From Spirochaetia bacterium (GTDB taxonomy: Bacteria > Spirochaetota > Spirochaetia > CADAEX01), in NCBI GenBank assembly GCA_963662265.2, contig CAXXHA010000013.1:96001-160000 (forward strand): a stretch of DNA of 64,000 bases, in the 5' to 3' direction. Position 1 is the stretch's first letter; the number at the start of each line of letters is the position of its first letter. This document shows positions 19,899-30,307 of the stretch, one piece after another. The notes beneath the pieces were generated by a model. That model had not been told where the DNA came from, ran no database searches, and worked only from the letters and a program-made list of their open reading frames with translations. Made by a program: the position numbers and the translations under genes.

Positions 19899-20675
19899 AT
19901 GATAACTGAAACATATTTAAAGGGTAATTCATTTCTTCACCGGCTTGATCCCCGTCTTAAAATCATATATCTGCTGTTTTTTTCTGTTATTTTCTTCCTT
20001 CCTGTTTCTGTTGTGAAATATTATTCAGCATTTGCCCTGATATTTATATCATCATCTGTTTCTGTAGGTATCAGAAATACTCTCTCCCCTCTGAAGGTTA
20101 TAATGCCTCTTATTTTTCTTATAATGCTTCTCACCCCATTGTTTCACACAGGCGGAACTGTAATACTCAGATCAGGCAGCTTTACAATACTTACATCATC
20201 CGGACTGAGCGAAACACTTCATCTTGTGGGGAGGTTTCTGGGGGTAACTCTCCTGTTTTTTATTTTTCTGAGGACAACCCGGATTGATGATTTTATTCTT
20301 GCCTTAAGGTATTTCGGCCTTTCCCATAAAAATGCGGTAGTTATAACAATAACTTTAAGGTATATCCCCTATCTCATGTCTGTTTATGTGAATACTGTCG
20401 ATGCCCACAAGATGAGGCTGACTGTTAATACAAGGATACCCGGTAAATGGAATTTCCCCTCCCGTTTCAGAAATCTTCTTTCTGTTCTTACTTCAGTCCT
20501 TATCCAGGCTGTTAAGGGGATTCCTGTTCTTGCTATGGCGCTTGAAACAAGGGGTTTCGGCCGGAAAACAGAACACGGATCCAGGAGAAAGATGAAAGGC
20601 TTCAGGGAACTCCTTGCCGATATTATATTGTCATTAATTATTTTTTTAGGTATTCTGTGTTACCTTGTCTTATAA
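19899..20675 (+). CDS. ecfT: ECF transporter transmembrane T component
   Basis: SFLHRLDPRLK N-terminus, LRYIP, ALETRGF. Confidence 0.9.
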   Translation: MITETYLKGNSFLHRLDPRLKIIYLLFFSVIFFLPVSVVKYYSAFALIFISSSVSVGIRNTLSPLKVIMPLIFLIMLLTPLFHTGGTVILRSGSFTILTSSGLSETLHLVGRFLGVTLLFFIFLRTTRIDDFILALRYFGLSHKNAVVITITLRYIPYLMSVYVNTVDAHKMRLTVNTRIPGKWNFPSRFRNLLSVLTSVLIQAVKGIPVLAMALETRGFGRKTEHGSRRKMKGFRELLADIILSLIIFLGILCYLVL

Positions 20676-20870
20676 GTATTTTTTTATTCATTGATGGGAT
20701 TGATATCTCATTACTGGATAAACAGAACAGAACGCATTCATGCATTTGTTCTGTACTTACATTGTAAGCGGGAATATTATATGTCCCGGACTGAAGCTAT
20801 ACTGAAAAATTAACAATTTCAGCCGGTAACAATATTCCTGAAAACCACTTTATAAGGTGAGGGTGAAATT

Positions 20871-21428
20871 ATGCCTGACGCAGAAAAATTTACAAGTACG
20901 GCAGCTTTCAGGGTTGCTTCCATTGCAGTTTTATCTGCCATCACAGCGATTTTTACAATTGCTGTCAGAATTCCGGTTGCTCCTACAAGGGGGTATATTA
21001 ATCTTGGCGATGTTGCGATTTTCTTTGCAGCATTTATTTTCGGTCCTGTAACTGCTTTTATTACAGGAGGTCTTGGTACAGCTATTGCCGATATTCTTGG
21101 CGGATTCGGACAGTGGGCTCCAATTTCTTTTGTAGTTCACGGACTTCAGGGTTTCGTGATAGGACTTGTATACAATATTCTTCTTAAAAAGGAAGAATCA
21201 TCCGGAAAAGGCAATTTTCTTGTACAGGGTATTCTTACATTCGCAGCAGGAGCTCTGGTCATGGTTACAGGCTATTTTATTGCCGGTGTATTCATGGTTG
21301 GTCCGGGCGCCGCAGCGGTTGAAATACCAGGAAATATTTTTCAGAATATTGCAGGGGTAATCGGCGGTCTTGCTCTGACTTTGGCGGTACGGAAAGCATA
21401 TCCTCCTGTAATAAAGTTCAGGTGGTGA
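20871..21428 (+). CDS. ECF transporter substrate-specific S component (HmpT/PdxU-like; substrate uncertain)
   Basis: RIPVAPTRGYINLGD, GTAIADILGG, WAPISFVVHGLQG, EIPGNIFQ. Confidence 0.85.
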   Translation: MPDAEKFTSTAAFRVASIAVLSAITAIFTIAVRIPVAPTRGYINLGDVAIFFAAFIFGPVTAFITGGLGTAIADILGGFGQWAPISFVVHGLQGFVIGLVYNILLKKEESSGKGNFLVQGILTFAAGALVMVTGYFIAGVFMVGPGAAAVEIPGNIFQNIAGVIGGLALTLAVRKAYPPVIKFRW

Positions 21429-21838
21429 TGAAACTTAATTTTTGTTTACCGGAAAATGATATGTCGCAGGCAGGTACTGCCTCGACGCAACTTAAAAAAA
21501 AGCTGCTGCAGCTGGGTATTCCCACTGCAGTAGTTAAAAAAGCTGTTATAGCTCTTTATGAAGCTGAAATCAACATGGTTATTCACGGCAGGGGGGGAGA
21601 TATTGATATCCATATTACCCCTGAAGAGATTACAGCTGTCCTTGCAGACAAGGGGCCCGGGATTCCCGATATAGAACTTGCCATGCAGGAGGGATATTCC
21701 ACTGCTACGGATGATATCAGGGAAATGGGGTTCGGAGCCGGTATGGGGCTTCCAAACATTAAAAAGAATTCTGATTACTTTAAAATTGACAGTGAACCAG
21801 ACAATGGTACAACTGTGACAATAAAGGTATCTATATAG
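21428..21838 (+). CDS. RsbT-like anti-sigma / Ser-Thr kinase (HATPase_c)
   Basis: YEAEINMVIHG N-box, DKGPGIPDIELAMQEGYST, GAGMGLPN; ATG overlaps upstream TGA (TGATG). Confidence 0.88.
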   Translation: MKLNFCLPENDMSQAGTASTQLKKKLLQLGIPTAVVKKAVIALYEAEINMVIHGRGGDIDIHITPEEITAVLADKGPGIPDIELAMQEGYSTATDDIREMGFGAGMGLPNIKKNSDYFKIDSEPDNGTTVTIKVSI

Positions 21839-21852
21839 ACGGGAAATAATTT

Positions 21853-23172
21853 ATGTGTGTATTAAACTGCCTACATTCTGTAACGCTTGATGAGGACCTC
21901 TGCCGGGGATGTACAACTTGTATATCCAGATGTCCTACTGAGGCTATCCGGGTAAGAAACGGCAAGGCACTCATAATTACAGAAAGATGTATTGACTGCG
22001 GTGAGTGCATCAGAAGCTGTCCCTCCCATGCCAAAAAGGCAATTTCCGATCCATTATCTGTAATAGATGAGTTTGAGTATAAGGTTGCTATTCCTGCTCC
22101 CAGTTTTTACGGACAGTTCAAGGATGAGATTGGTGCCGACAGGGTATTATCAGCACTTTTGAAGATCGGATTTGATGATGTATATGAGGTTGCAAGAGCT
22201 GCCGAAATAGTCTCAATGGCGACAAAAAAGCAGATAGATTCGGGTGAATATCCCAAGCCCATGATTTCATCTTCATGCCCTGCAGTTGTAAAGCTTATCC
22301 AGGTAAGGTTTCCCGGCCTGATTGAACATGTAATAAAAATCCAGTCTCCGATGGAAGTTGCTGCCCGTGTTGTTAAGAAATATATACACAAGGGCAAGAA
22401 GAATATCGGTGTATTTTTCATTTCCCCCTGTCCCGGCAAGGTATCTGTCGTAAAAACTCCGCTTGGCCATGAAAGATCCTATGTCGACGGCATAATAGCT
22501 GTAAAGGATATTTATCCCCATATAAGAACTGCAGCTAAAGAGATTGCTGAACCGAAGAGAAAATCAAATGCATCGGGAATCGGTATAAGATGGGCACATT
22601 CAGACGGGGAAAGTGAAGCGGTTGATGCAAAAAGAAGTATTTCTGTTGACGGTATTCACCAGGTTATCGATGTCCTTGAGCAGATAGAGAACCAGGATAT
22701 ACATGATATTGATTTTATCGAAGCTATGGCATGTCCCGGCGGATGTGTTGGGGGAACTCTCAATGTCGAGAATCCGTTTATAGCAAGGTCAAGAGTGAAA
22801 AGGATTGTCAAGGATAATAACAATAACATTATCAGCAGCGATATTTTCGACAGGCCTGGATTCGATGTCTCCTGGACAAGGGAGATTTATTCGCGGCCTG
22901 CAATGAAGCTTGATGAAGATATCAAGGTTGCCATGAAGATGATGGAGGAGATTGATTTAATCACTGAAGAACTTCCAGGTCTTGACTGCGGTTCCTGCGG
23001 CGCTCCATCCTGCCGTGCTCTTGCAGAAGATATTGTCAAAGGGCATGCTGAGAAAACAGACTGTATATTTATTCTGAAAGATGAGATAAAAAAAGTCGCG
23101 GATCATATGGCGCAGCTTGAAAAACGTATGCCTTCAGCATTCAGCAGCAGAGATGATAAAACCAGGGAATAA
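21853..23172 (+). CDS. [FeFe]-hydrogenase-like Fe-S protein of sensory (group C/D, HfsB-like) type
   Basis: N-terminal 2[4Fe-4S] (CRGCTTCISRCP; CIDCGECIRSCP); H-cluster-like SSSCPA, SPCPGK, EAMACPGGCVGG; C-terminal LDCGSCGAPSC Fe-S domain. Confidence 0.85.
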   Translation: MCVLNCLHSVTLDEDLCRGCTTCISRCPTEAIRVRNGKALIITERCIDCGECIRSCPSHAKKAISDPLSVIDEFEYKVAIPAPSFYGQFKDEIGADRVLSALLKIGFDDVYEVARAAEIVSMATKKQIDSGEYPKPMISSSCPAVVKLIQVRFPGLIEHVIKIQSPMEVAARVVKKYIHKGKKNIGVFFISPCPGKVSVVKTPLGHERSYVDGIIAVKDIYPHIRTAAKEIAEPKRKSNASGIGIRWAHSDGESEAVDAKRSISVDGIHQVIDVLEQIENQDIHDIDFIEAMACPGGCVGGTLNVENPFIARSRVKRIVKDNNNNIISSDIFDRPGFDVSWTREIYSRPAMKLDEDIKVAMKMMEEIDLITEELPGLDCGSCGAPSCRALAEDIVKGHAEKTDCIFILKDEIKKVADHMAQLEKRMPSAFSSRDDKTRE

Positions 23173-23291
23173 AAATCTGTAATCCTGTCTGAAACTGATT
23201 TTATTAATCTCTGTCCACTATTCATTAATCACTATTTACTATTCACTGGTAATCGATCATTTGTAATTGATCCACCCGGGGAAATAACTGC

Positions 23292-23329
23292 AAAAAAAAC
23301 AGGCTCTCCGCAGCAATACGAAAAGCCTG
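23292..23329 (-). terminator. Intrinsic terminator of the osmoprotectant operon
   Basis: Minus strand CAGGCTTTTCG...CGGAGAGCCTG followed by T8. Confidence 0.7.
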
Positions 23330-23358
23330 ATATTGATTTTTTATTTGCCGGTCCCGGC

Positions 23359-24255
23359 CTATTTTATGAAACCTTTTCCTTTCAGGAATTCCTCTGCAAC
23401 CATTTTTGCGGGAAGACCTTCCGCATCAACCTTGTAGTTGAGATTGATAATTGTTTCTGTATCAAGAACATCCATTACCGGGGTAAGGATATCATAGATT
23501 TCAGGATATTTTTCAAGGATTTCCTTTCTTGCTATAGGACCTACATTGTAGATTGGGAAGAATGCCTTGTCATCATCAAGAACAAACAGTTTGAATTTCT
23601 TGAGAAGACCGTCAGTTGAGAAAACCATTGCAACATCAACCTGTCCCCTGTCAAGCGCTTCATAGCTGAGGCCGATATCCATTGTTTTCACGTTTTCCTT
23701 TTTGACTTCTACACCGTAAAGATCTGCCATTGCGAAAAATCCGTCAGGTCTTTCAAAAAACTCATGGTCAAGGGCAATCTTCAGATCAGGGTTGCTTTTT
23801 GTATATTCTGCAAATTCTGAAAGATTATTTCCGAAATCCACACCATCACCTTTTTTATATGCAAGGGCGTATGTATTGTTGTACTTTCCCTGATACATCC
23901 ATACAATGCCGTTTTCTTCATCAATCTTTTTGCATTCTTCAAAAAGTTTAGCCGCATCATTGATTTTTTCCTCTTTACCGAAGAACGCAGTCCATGCAGT
24001 ACCGGTAAATTCCGGATATATATCGATCTGGCCTGTTTCCAGACCTTCTCTTACAATAGAGCTTCCTGTTCCGAATTTCTCGGTAACTTTAAAGCCGTTT
24101 TCCTGAAGCATGAGTGAAAAAATATTTCCAAGTACATACTGTTCTGTGTAGTTTTTTGCTCCAACTACAATTCCTTTTGAATCCCCTTTTTTTGAGCATG
24201 CGCTGAATGATAAAAGCAGTACAAGCGCGATTGTGATTAATAATAGTTTTTTCAT
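23359..24255 (-). CDS. Osmoprotectant (glycine betaine/choline-type) ABC substrate-binding lipoprotein
   Basis: Lipobox FSAC; VGAKNYTEQ, IYPEFTGT, NNTYAL, EFFERPDG (OpuCC/OsmF-like). Confidence 0.92.
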   Translation of the reverse strand: MKKLLLITIALVLLLSFSACSKKGDSKGIVVGAKNYTEQYVLGNIFSLMLQENGFKVTEKFGTGSSIVREGLETGQIDIYPEFTGTAWTAFFGKEEKINDAAKLFEECKKIDEENGIVWMYQGKYNNTYALAYKKGDGVDFGNNLSEFAEYTKSNPDLKIALDHEFFERPDGFFAMADLYGVEVKKENVKTMDIGLSYEALDRGQVDVAMVFSTDGLLKKFKLFVLDDDKAFFPIYNVGPIARKEILEKYPEIYDILTPVMDVLDTETIINLNYKVDAEGLPAKMVAEEFLKGKGFIK

Positions 24256-24441
24256 TATTTCCTCCTTTATGAAATATAAAACCGGGAATAATTTTGATGT
24301 AAATCCGGTTTATAACTATTTTAAAATTTATCTGATAAAGCAGCCGCTGTATCAGAAACTTTTTGTCCGGAAACAATTCCGGTATCTGAACCGGGACTGA
24401 ATGCTGATGCATTTACCCGGTCAATTGTTTTCACAGAAAAA

Positions 24442-25089
24442 TTATCCTCTTTTTACCTTGAGCCCTCTCGGTGTAATTTTCTTTTCGACTGCATGTATCA
24501 GTGCATCAACAAGAATAGCAAGAACTGAAGTTGCTACAGCGCCTATTATGATGAGGTGGTTTTTGTTGAGCCTTAATCCGAGAAATATCAGGTCGCCGAG
24601 TCCGCCGCCCCCGATAATAGATGCAACTGTGGCAGTCCCTATATTTATTGTAACTGCGCTTCTGATACCAGCCATTATTACAGGTATTGCGACAGGTATT
24701 TTTATTTTCCAGGTAATCTGATTGTCTGTAAGGCCTATACCTCTTGCCGCCTCAATCATTTTTTTATCGATGCTTAAAAGCCCTGATACAGCATTGAAGA
24801 GGATAGGAACTATGCTGTAGATGAAAAGAGCTATAATTGCAGGTGTTGCCCCGATTCCGATGAAAAGAAACACAAGCGCAACTACAGCCACTGACGGGAC
24901 TGCCTGGAGTGTTGCTGTAAAGGTCAGAATAATATTCCCGGTTTTTTCCTTGCCTTCCCTTGTAACATATATTGAAAGTGCAATACCTATGATTATTGCC
25001 ATAATTGTAGATGTTGAAAACAGGTATATATGCTGATAAAGCAGGTACATTATCTGACTGAAATTTTCACTTATATATTCAATTATCAT
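24442..25089 (-). CDS. Osmoprotectant ABC permease
   Basis: QAVPSVA, EAARGIGL, IMAGIRSA, IGGGGLG. Confidence 0.92.
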   Translation of the reverse strand: MIIEYISENFSQIMYLLYQHIYLFSTSTIMAIIIGIALSIYVTREGKEKTGNIILTFTATLQAVPSVAVVALVFLFIGIGATPAIIALFIYSIVPILFNAVSGLLSIDKKMIEAARGIGLTDNQITWKIKIPVAIPVIMAGIRSAVTINIGTATVASIIGGGGLGDLIFLGLRLNKNHLIIIGAVATSVLAILVDALIHAVEKKITPRGLKVKRG

Positions 25090-25095
25090 ATATTT

Positions 25096-26193
25096 TTACC
25101 CTTCGTTTTTAAGCTCTTTGAAAATATCTGTAATATTCATTACTCCGATAAACTGGTTGTCTTTTGTCTTAACGACAGGAAGGCTGCTCTCTCCCGCTTC
25201 CACCATGACGGAAAATGTCTGCTGGAGATTTCCTTTCCGCTCCAGTGTGATCGGGTTGTCAATCATTGAAAGGTATTTTGAATTATCTTTCTTGTTTTTC
25301 TTCAGGTGATATTCCCCTATGAAGCCTCCGTCTTCATCAATAATATAGGCAGTCTTTTTCTTCACATCTGCGAGTCTTTTAATTATTTTCTCGGGATCAT
25401 CATCCTTTCGGCAGGTCACATAGCCGTCTTTTGTCACGTAATCAACATTTTTCTTTAAAACAAGAGCTTTAAGGCTCCTGTCATGGCCGAGGAGGTTTTC
25501 CACAAACTCGTTTTCCGGCTCGTTGAGTATATTCATTACATTGTCATACTGGACCAGGTTTCCTTTCTTTAGAATTGCAATTCTGTCTCCAAGTTTTATA
25601 GCTTCATTGATATCATGCGTAACAAAGACTATTGTCTTCTTGATTTTCTCCTGAATTGAGAGGAATGAATCATGGAGTTTGCTCCTGTTTATAGGGTCAA
25701 TAGCGCCGAAAGGCTCATCCATCAGAAGGACTTCAGGGTCTGCCGCAAGGGCTCTTGCAAGTCCAACCCTCTGTCTCTCTCCTCCTGAAAGCTGGAGGGG
25801 GTATTTATACATATAACTTGAATTGAGTGTTACAAGGTCGAGAAGTTCTTCAATTCTTGTCTTTATCTTTTTTCCCTCCCATTTCAGTAGCCTCGGTACA
25901 ACAGCTATGTTGTCAAACACATTCATATGGGGGAAAAGTCCTATCTCCTGGATTACATAACCTATGCTTCTTCTGAGTTCTACAGCATCAAGGCTTGTGA
26001 TGGATTCCCCGTTTATGAAAATATCACCATCTGAAGGCTCTATGAGGCGGTTGATCATTTTCATTGTAGTAGTTTTACCGCAGCCTGAAGGGCCGATCAG
26101 CATTGTTATTTTACCGTTTTCAATATCCATGCTGAGGTTTTCTACAGCATATTTTTTGCCGAATTTTTTTGTAAGATGTTTAAGTTCTATCAA
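25096..26193 (-). CDS. Osmoprotectant ABC ATPase (OpuCA-like, C-terminal CBS-like pair)
   Basis: GPSGCGKTT, LSGGERQR, MDEPFGAID, FVTHD; TTG start after GGAG. Confidence 0.93.
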   Translation of the reverse strand: MIELKHLTKKFGKKYAVENLSMDIENGKITMLIGPSGCGKTTTMKMINRLIEPSDGDIFINGESITSLDAVELRRSIGYVIQEIGLFPHMNVFDNIAVVPRLLKWEGKKIKTRIEELLDLVTLNSSYMYKYPLQLSGGERQRVGLARALAADPEVLLMDEPFGAIDPINRSKLHDSFLSIQEKIKKTIVFVTHDINEAIKLGDRIAILKKGNLVQYDNVMNILNEPENEFVENLLGHDRSLKALVLKKNVDYVTKDGYVTCRKDDDPEKIIKRLADVKKKTAYIIDEDGGFIGEYHLKKNKKDNSKYLSMIDNPITLERKGNLQQTFSVMVEAGESSLPVVKTKDNQFIGVMNITDIFKELKNEG

Positions 26194-26205
26194 TTATTTA
26201 CTCCG

Positions 26206-26880
26206 TTATGATCGTTTTATTTTCAGTCCGCGGGGTGTAAGCAGAATTTCCAGTTTAATGAGAAGATAGTTGCAGAGAATCCCCAGTATTGAAACAAGTA
26301 CTGCTCCGGAAGCAACCATCAGGAAATTTGTCCGTGAAATCCCTGAAAATATGAAGTATCCCAGTCCTCCCGCACTGACAAGGGATGCAAGTGTTGCGAC
26401 ACTGACCCCCATTACAATTGCAACTCTTACACCTGCCATAATTACAGGTATTGAAAGTGGAAGTTTTATCCTGAAAAGAATCTGTGTTCTTGTGAGGCCC
26501 ATTCCCCTGGCAGCTTCAATCATCCTTGGCGAAACCTGGTTCAGAGCAGTAACAGTGTTCCGGATAATAGGAAGCAGCGAGTAGATAATAATTGCAATTA
26601 CTGCGGGAGTCAGACCGACACCCAGTTTGAGCGGTGCAAGCAGTACAACCATGATTCCGAAAAGAGCAAGGCTTGGTATAGTCATTAGAATACTTGCAAT
26701 GTAAAGGGTTACTTTAGTCAGTTTTGGTTTTGACGCAATAAGGAACCCGATTGGTACGCTTAAAAGAATTGAGGGGGGGATGCTTAAAAGCACTATTTTC
26801 AGATGCTGGAGAAACTGAACAAGAAGTGTTTCCCAGTAATATTTTAAAAATGTAAAGAAATCGATAGTAATCACCTCCAT
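26206..26880 (-). CDS. Osmoprotectant ABC permease (true start may be ATC at 26865)
   Basis: TIPSLALFG, EAARGMGL, IMAGVR, SAGGLG. Confidence 0.92.
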   Translation of the reverse strand: MEVITIDFFTFLKYYWETLLVQFLQHLKIVLLSIPPSILLSVPIGFLIASKPKLTKVTLYIASILMTIPSLALFGIMVVLLAPLKLGVGLTPAVIAIIIYSLLPIIRNTVTALNQVSPRMIEAARGMGLTRTQILFRIKLPLSIPVIMAGVRVAIVMGVSVATLASLVSAGGLGYFIFSGISRTNFLMVASGAVLVSILGILCNYLLIKLEILLTPRGLKIKRS

Positions 26881-27233
26881 TTAATCGATTCGAAGGTATT
26901 AAATCTTTTAAATAAGCCATTTTAATCATGAGGAAATCCTCAGGTAATTCCGGCAATTTAATATCCACGGATAGATTAAATGAACCGTATTTCCGGTTTT
27001 TATATACGGGAAATAACAGAATTGAAACAGTTATGTATTGTTGTACTGGTAGTTTGAGCGGAGCCACTTGCAGCAGCTGAACCGATGAAAAAGGTTGAGT
27101 ATCCGTCTGCAGCTTTTTATTTGAGTAATTTCATGAGAAAGATAAATATTTCGATAACCTGTAGACAAAAACATTATTAGGCTTTAAGTTTAACATGTAT
27201 ATATTAGAAACTCAAGTGGTTGAAAAGTAATCA

Positions 27234-28478
27234 ATGTTTTGTAAAACAGTCGAAATAGTTATCCTTCTTATCCTTTCCGCATTTTTTTCATCTTCTGAAA
27301 CAGCTTTTACATCTCTTTCTGTAATACAGATTGAAACACTTGCGGGGAAAAAAGGGAGAAGAGGGCGCCTTGTAAAGAAGCTCCTTAAAAAACCGGAACA
27401 TCTGCTTATAACAATCCTGACCGGAAATAATCTTGTCAATATTTCAATTACCGCAATTACAACAGAACTTACTATTGAAATTTTCGGAAGTCATTTTATC
27501 GGAATAATGACCGGTATACTTACCCTGACAATTCTTGTTTTCGGGGAGGTTATACCTAAAAATTTCGCAATTGCGCATAATGAATTCATAGCTACTTATT
27601 CTGCCCCCTTAATAAAAGGGTGTATGATTATTCTCCGCCCTGTTGTATTTCTTATTGACAGCATCAGTTCGCTTTTCATCAGGTTTATCGGAAGAAAGAA
27701 GAAAGACCGTATATCAATGGATTCAATACTCCTTCTCATAAGATATGCAGAAGCCAGGGGAATAGTCGAAGATTATGAAAATGATATGGTCCACGGTGTA
27801 TTCCGTCTTGCCCAGCAGAATATTTCTAGCATAATGACACACCGGACAAAGGTTTTCAGTCTCGCAGCAGGCTGTACTGCTTCTGAAACAGAAGCGGCAA
27901 TTATAAAATCCGGTTTTTCCCGTATTCCTGTTTATGAAAATGAACCTGAAAACATAACAGGAATTATATATGTCAAGGATCTCTTCAAAGAGGCTAAAAA
28001 AGACGGAAATGAAATCAGGCTCCGGGATATTTCAACACCTCCTGTATTTGTTTCAGAAAACAAGAAAGTAGGAGAAATTCTTTTCCTTATGAAGAAGGAA
28101 AAGAAGAAACTTGCTGTTGTTCTTGATGAGTACAGCGGCCTTTCAGGTATTGTGACAATGGAGGATATTCTCGAAGAGGTTGTAGGTGAGCTTTATGATG
28201 AAAACGAGGTGAGGCTTACTGAAAAAATAGTAAAAAGAAGTGAAAACGAATATTTTATCATGGGAAATACACCTATCAGCATGATTAATGACAGGATAGG
28301 GACAGATATTCCCGCCGGACGGCTCTCTCAGACTATAGGGGGCTATATTGTTAATGAACTGGGTAAAATTCCTGTCGGCAATGAAAAGGTTGATTTCCCC
28401 GGTGGAAACCTGCTGGTTTATTCTGCTACAAGCAGGCGTGTTGAATCTGTTATCCTCCGGCTGAAGAAAAATAATTAG
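27234..28478 (+). CDS. CNNM/CorC-HlyC family protein (DUF21, CBS pair, CorC domain)
   Basis: SAFFSSSETAFTSL, FGEVIPK, GFSRIPVY, VLDEYSG, EDILEEVVGE. Confidence 0.92.
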   Translation: MFCKTVEIVILLILSAFFSSSETAFTSLSVIQIETLAGKKGRRGRLVKKLLKKPEHLLITILTGNNLVNISITAITTELTIEIFGSHFIGIMTGILTLTILVFGEVIPKNFAIAHNEFIATYSAPLIKGCMIILRPVVFLIDSISSLFIRFIGRKKKDRISMDSILLLIRYAEARGIVEDYENDMVHGVFRLAQQNISSIMTHRTKVFSLAAGCTASETEAAIIKSGFSRIPVYENEPENITGIIYVKDLFKEAKKDGNEIRLRDISTPPVFVSENKKVGEILFLMKKEKKKLAVVLDEYSGLSGIVTMEDILEEVVGELYDENEVRLTEKIVKRSENEYFIMGNTPISMINDRIGTDIPAGRLSQTIGGYIVNELGKIPVGNEKVDFPGGNLLVYSATSRRVESVILRLKKNN

Positions 28479-28501
28479 TATATTGAATAATAATATATAA
28501 A

Positions 28502-28549
28502 AAGGCTGTCAAGCTTTATCGGCCGGGGCCTATAAGGCTTGACAGCCTG
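28502..28549. terminator. Hairpin between convergent genes
   Basis: AGGCTGTCAAGC ... GCTTGACAGCCT 12-bp inverted repeat; a second hairpin follows at about 28559-28601. Confidence 0.6.
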
Positions 28550-28658
28550 ATGACTATTTTAAAGGACTGAAATCTGTATTGTATAGGACTCAGCCCTTTA
28601 ATATCTCAAATACATATCTTAAATCAACTTGTGAAAAAGTAAATAATACTGAAGCTGT

Positions 28659-29795
28659 TTAACCGCTGATTAAGCCTTCCCTTACTACAGTTTTTTCAGA
28701 TCCGTCTTCAAAGACAAGTGTAATTGTCGGGTCTTTTACAAGCCCGTCGAGATGTATGAGTGCAGGGGCATCCTCGTCATAATTTGAACCGATTGCAAAG
28801 TGGCATGTTTTAAAAGCTTTTTCATCTTCCAGCATGTTGCCGCTGATAACAGCCTCAGGGTTTAAGCCTATTCCAAGCTCACCTATGTTTCTTGCATTCT
28901 TTGCATATTTTTTACCGTCCCCGGCCGGAAGTTTTCCCTCCTCTTCAAAAATCAATGCGTTTTTTTCAGCCTTTTCTATTGTGTCGAGAAGTATTGAAGC
29001 TTCCTCTTTCCCTGTAACTTCATCTGCAAAACCGTTTCTGACAGATACAAATATCGGGTTATTGATTATCAGGTCGCCGTCGTTTGTTGATATGCTTCCG
29101 TCAAACGCAATAATCCCTTCTGTTTTCCCCACTACAGGCGATATGAAAGTTTCACCAGCAGGAAGGTTTCCTCCATCTCCGGGCGATGAAAAATCACCGT
29201 CATCGCACATTGCCTCTCTTCCCTCGATATTAATAACAACATCAGTTCCTGCGGGAGCTGTGACTTTCACTTTTACCGCTTTATCGAGAAGTTCTTTGAG
29301 AAACAGGCTTCTCTCTTTCATTTTTGCGTAATTTACAGGTATTGTTCTGATAAACATGTCTCTTGTTATACCGGGGGACCAGAAAGACCTGCATTTCTTT
29401 ACACCATGCATCAGGTAGTGGAATGTGTTGTTGTATTTTTTACCGTCAAGTTCATAGGGATCTGTAATTGCATCCTCATCTTTTCCCAGCTTGTTCTTGC
29501 TGATTGAGATAATTACATCTGGTTCAGTCTTTATAGCCCCGATAATCCCTTTTTCCGCAAAATCAAGCTGTGTTTTTTCCTTCTGTATTATGATAAGAGG
29601 ATCAGCGCCTGCTTCGAGCGAAGCATCGAAAAGTGCCTGGGATACAGGCAGGGTTTCATCATCAGGATTGGTTACTATAAGTACTTTCTCCCCTTTTTTT
29701 ATTGCAAGTACATCTCTTACAGCAACTTTAGCGCTTCTGTTGAGCTGGAGATCGCTTTTTACAAGCTTCTGAAAATTAAAATCTGTATTATTCAT
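28659..29795 (-). CDS. Aminopeptidase, peptidase M29 (AmpS/AmpT-like)
   Basis: GNLPAGETFISP, NIGELGIGLN, LEDEKAFKTCHFAIGSN, IHLDG. Confidence 0.88.
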   Translation of the reverse strand: MNNTDFNFQKLVKSDLQLNRSAKVAVRDVLAIKKGEKVLIVTNPDDETLPVSQALFDASLEAGADPLIIIQKEKTQLDFAEKGIIGAIKTEPDVIISISKNKLGKDEDAITDPYELDGKKYNNTFHYLMHGVKKCRSFWSPGITRDMFIRTIPVNYAKMKERSLFLKELLDKAVKVKVTAPAGTDVVINIEGREAMCDDGDFSSPGDGGNLPAGETFISPVVGKTEGIIAFDGSISTNDGDLIINNPIFVSVRNGFADEVTGKEEASILLDTIEKAEKNALIFEEEGKLPAGDGKKYAKNARNIGELGIGLNPEAVISGNMLEDEKAFKTCHFAIGSNYDEDAPALIHLDGLVKDPTITLVFEDGSEKTVVREGLISG

Positions 29796-30307
29796 TTATA
29801 AAATCCTGTAATTGGTTTCTGATTTAGCAAACTCATTTTTTATCCTGGAGCGGATATCCTGTTCTGACCGGAATAATTCCTGAAGATCAGGGTAACACAG
29901 TAAGGATATGGTCTATATTGCTGTTATTCTGAAAACTGACGACATTATAAACTACAGATGCTGATTATGGAATATCTGAACTTTTAAATCTTTATCCCGC
30001 ATGTAATTGCCGTACGGGATAAAAATTTGTATATTATTTCAAGGTAGATCTGCAGCTGTTGTACTGAAGTATTTTTCATCCTGTCTGCAGTTACGGCTGC
30101 CTGCAGTTTTTTTAATTACAGGCGCCGGTTTTTCAATATTACAGTATCCTGCATGCAAGAACAGATATTTTTCTGCAACAGCTGTTTTTTATTCTGCTTT
30201 TATGAATAATCAGTATTTTGTTTGTAAACCGGAATCAGGCACCATGTTTTAGGCGCACTGAAACCGGATTAATATATATAAAAAAAATTAAAATTTAGGA
30301 GAGGAAC

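Noticed and set aside
26881-27233. c-di-AMP (ydaO) or other riboswitch upstream of the osmoprotectant operon
   Set aside because: Hairpins exist, but the conserved ydaO motifs were not found on the minus strand.
29796-30307. CIRCE operator or ORF 30007..30252 upstream of htpG
   Set aside because: Only a partial TTAGCAAACTC is present, without the GAGTGCTAA arm. The ORF has a TTG start, no SD and no recognisable features.
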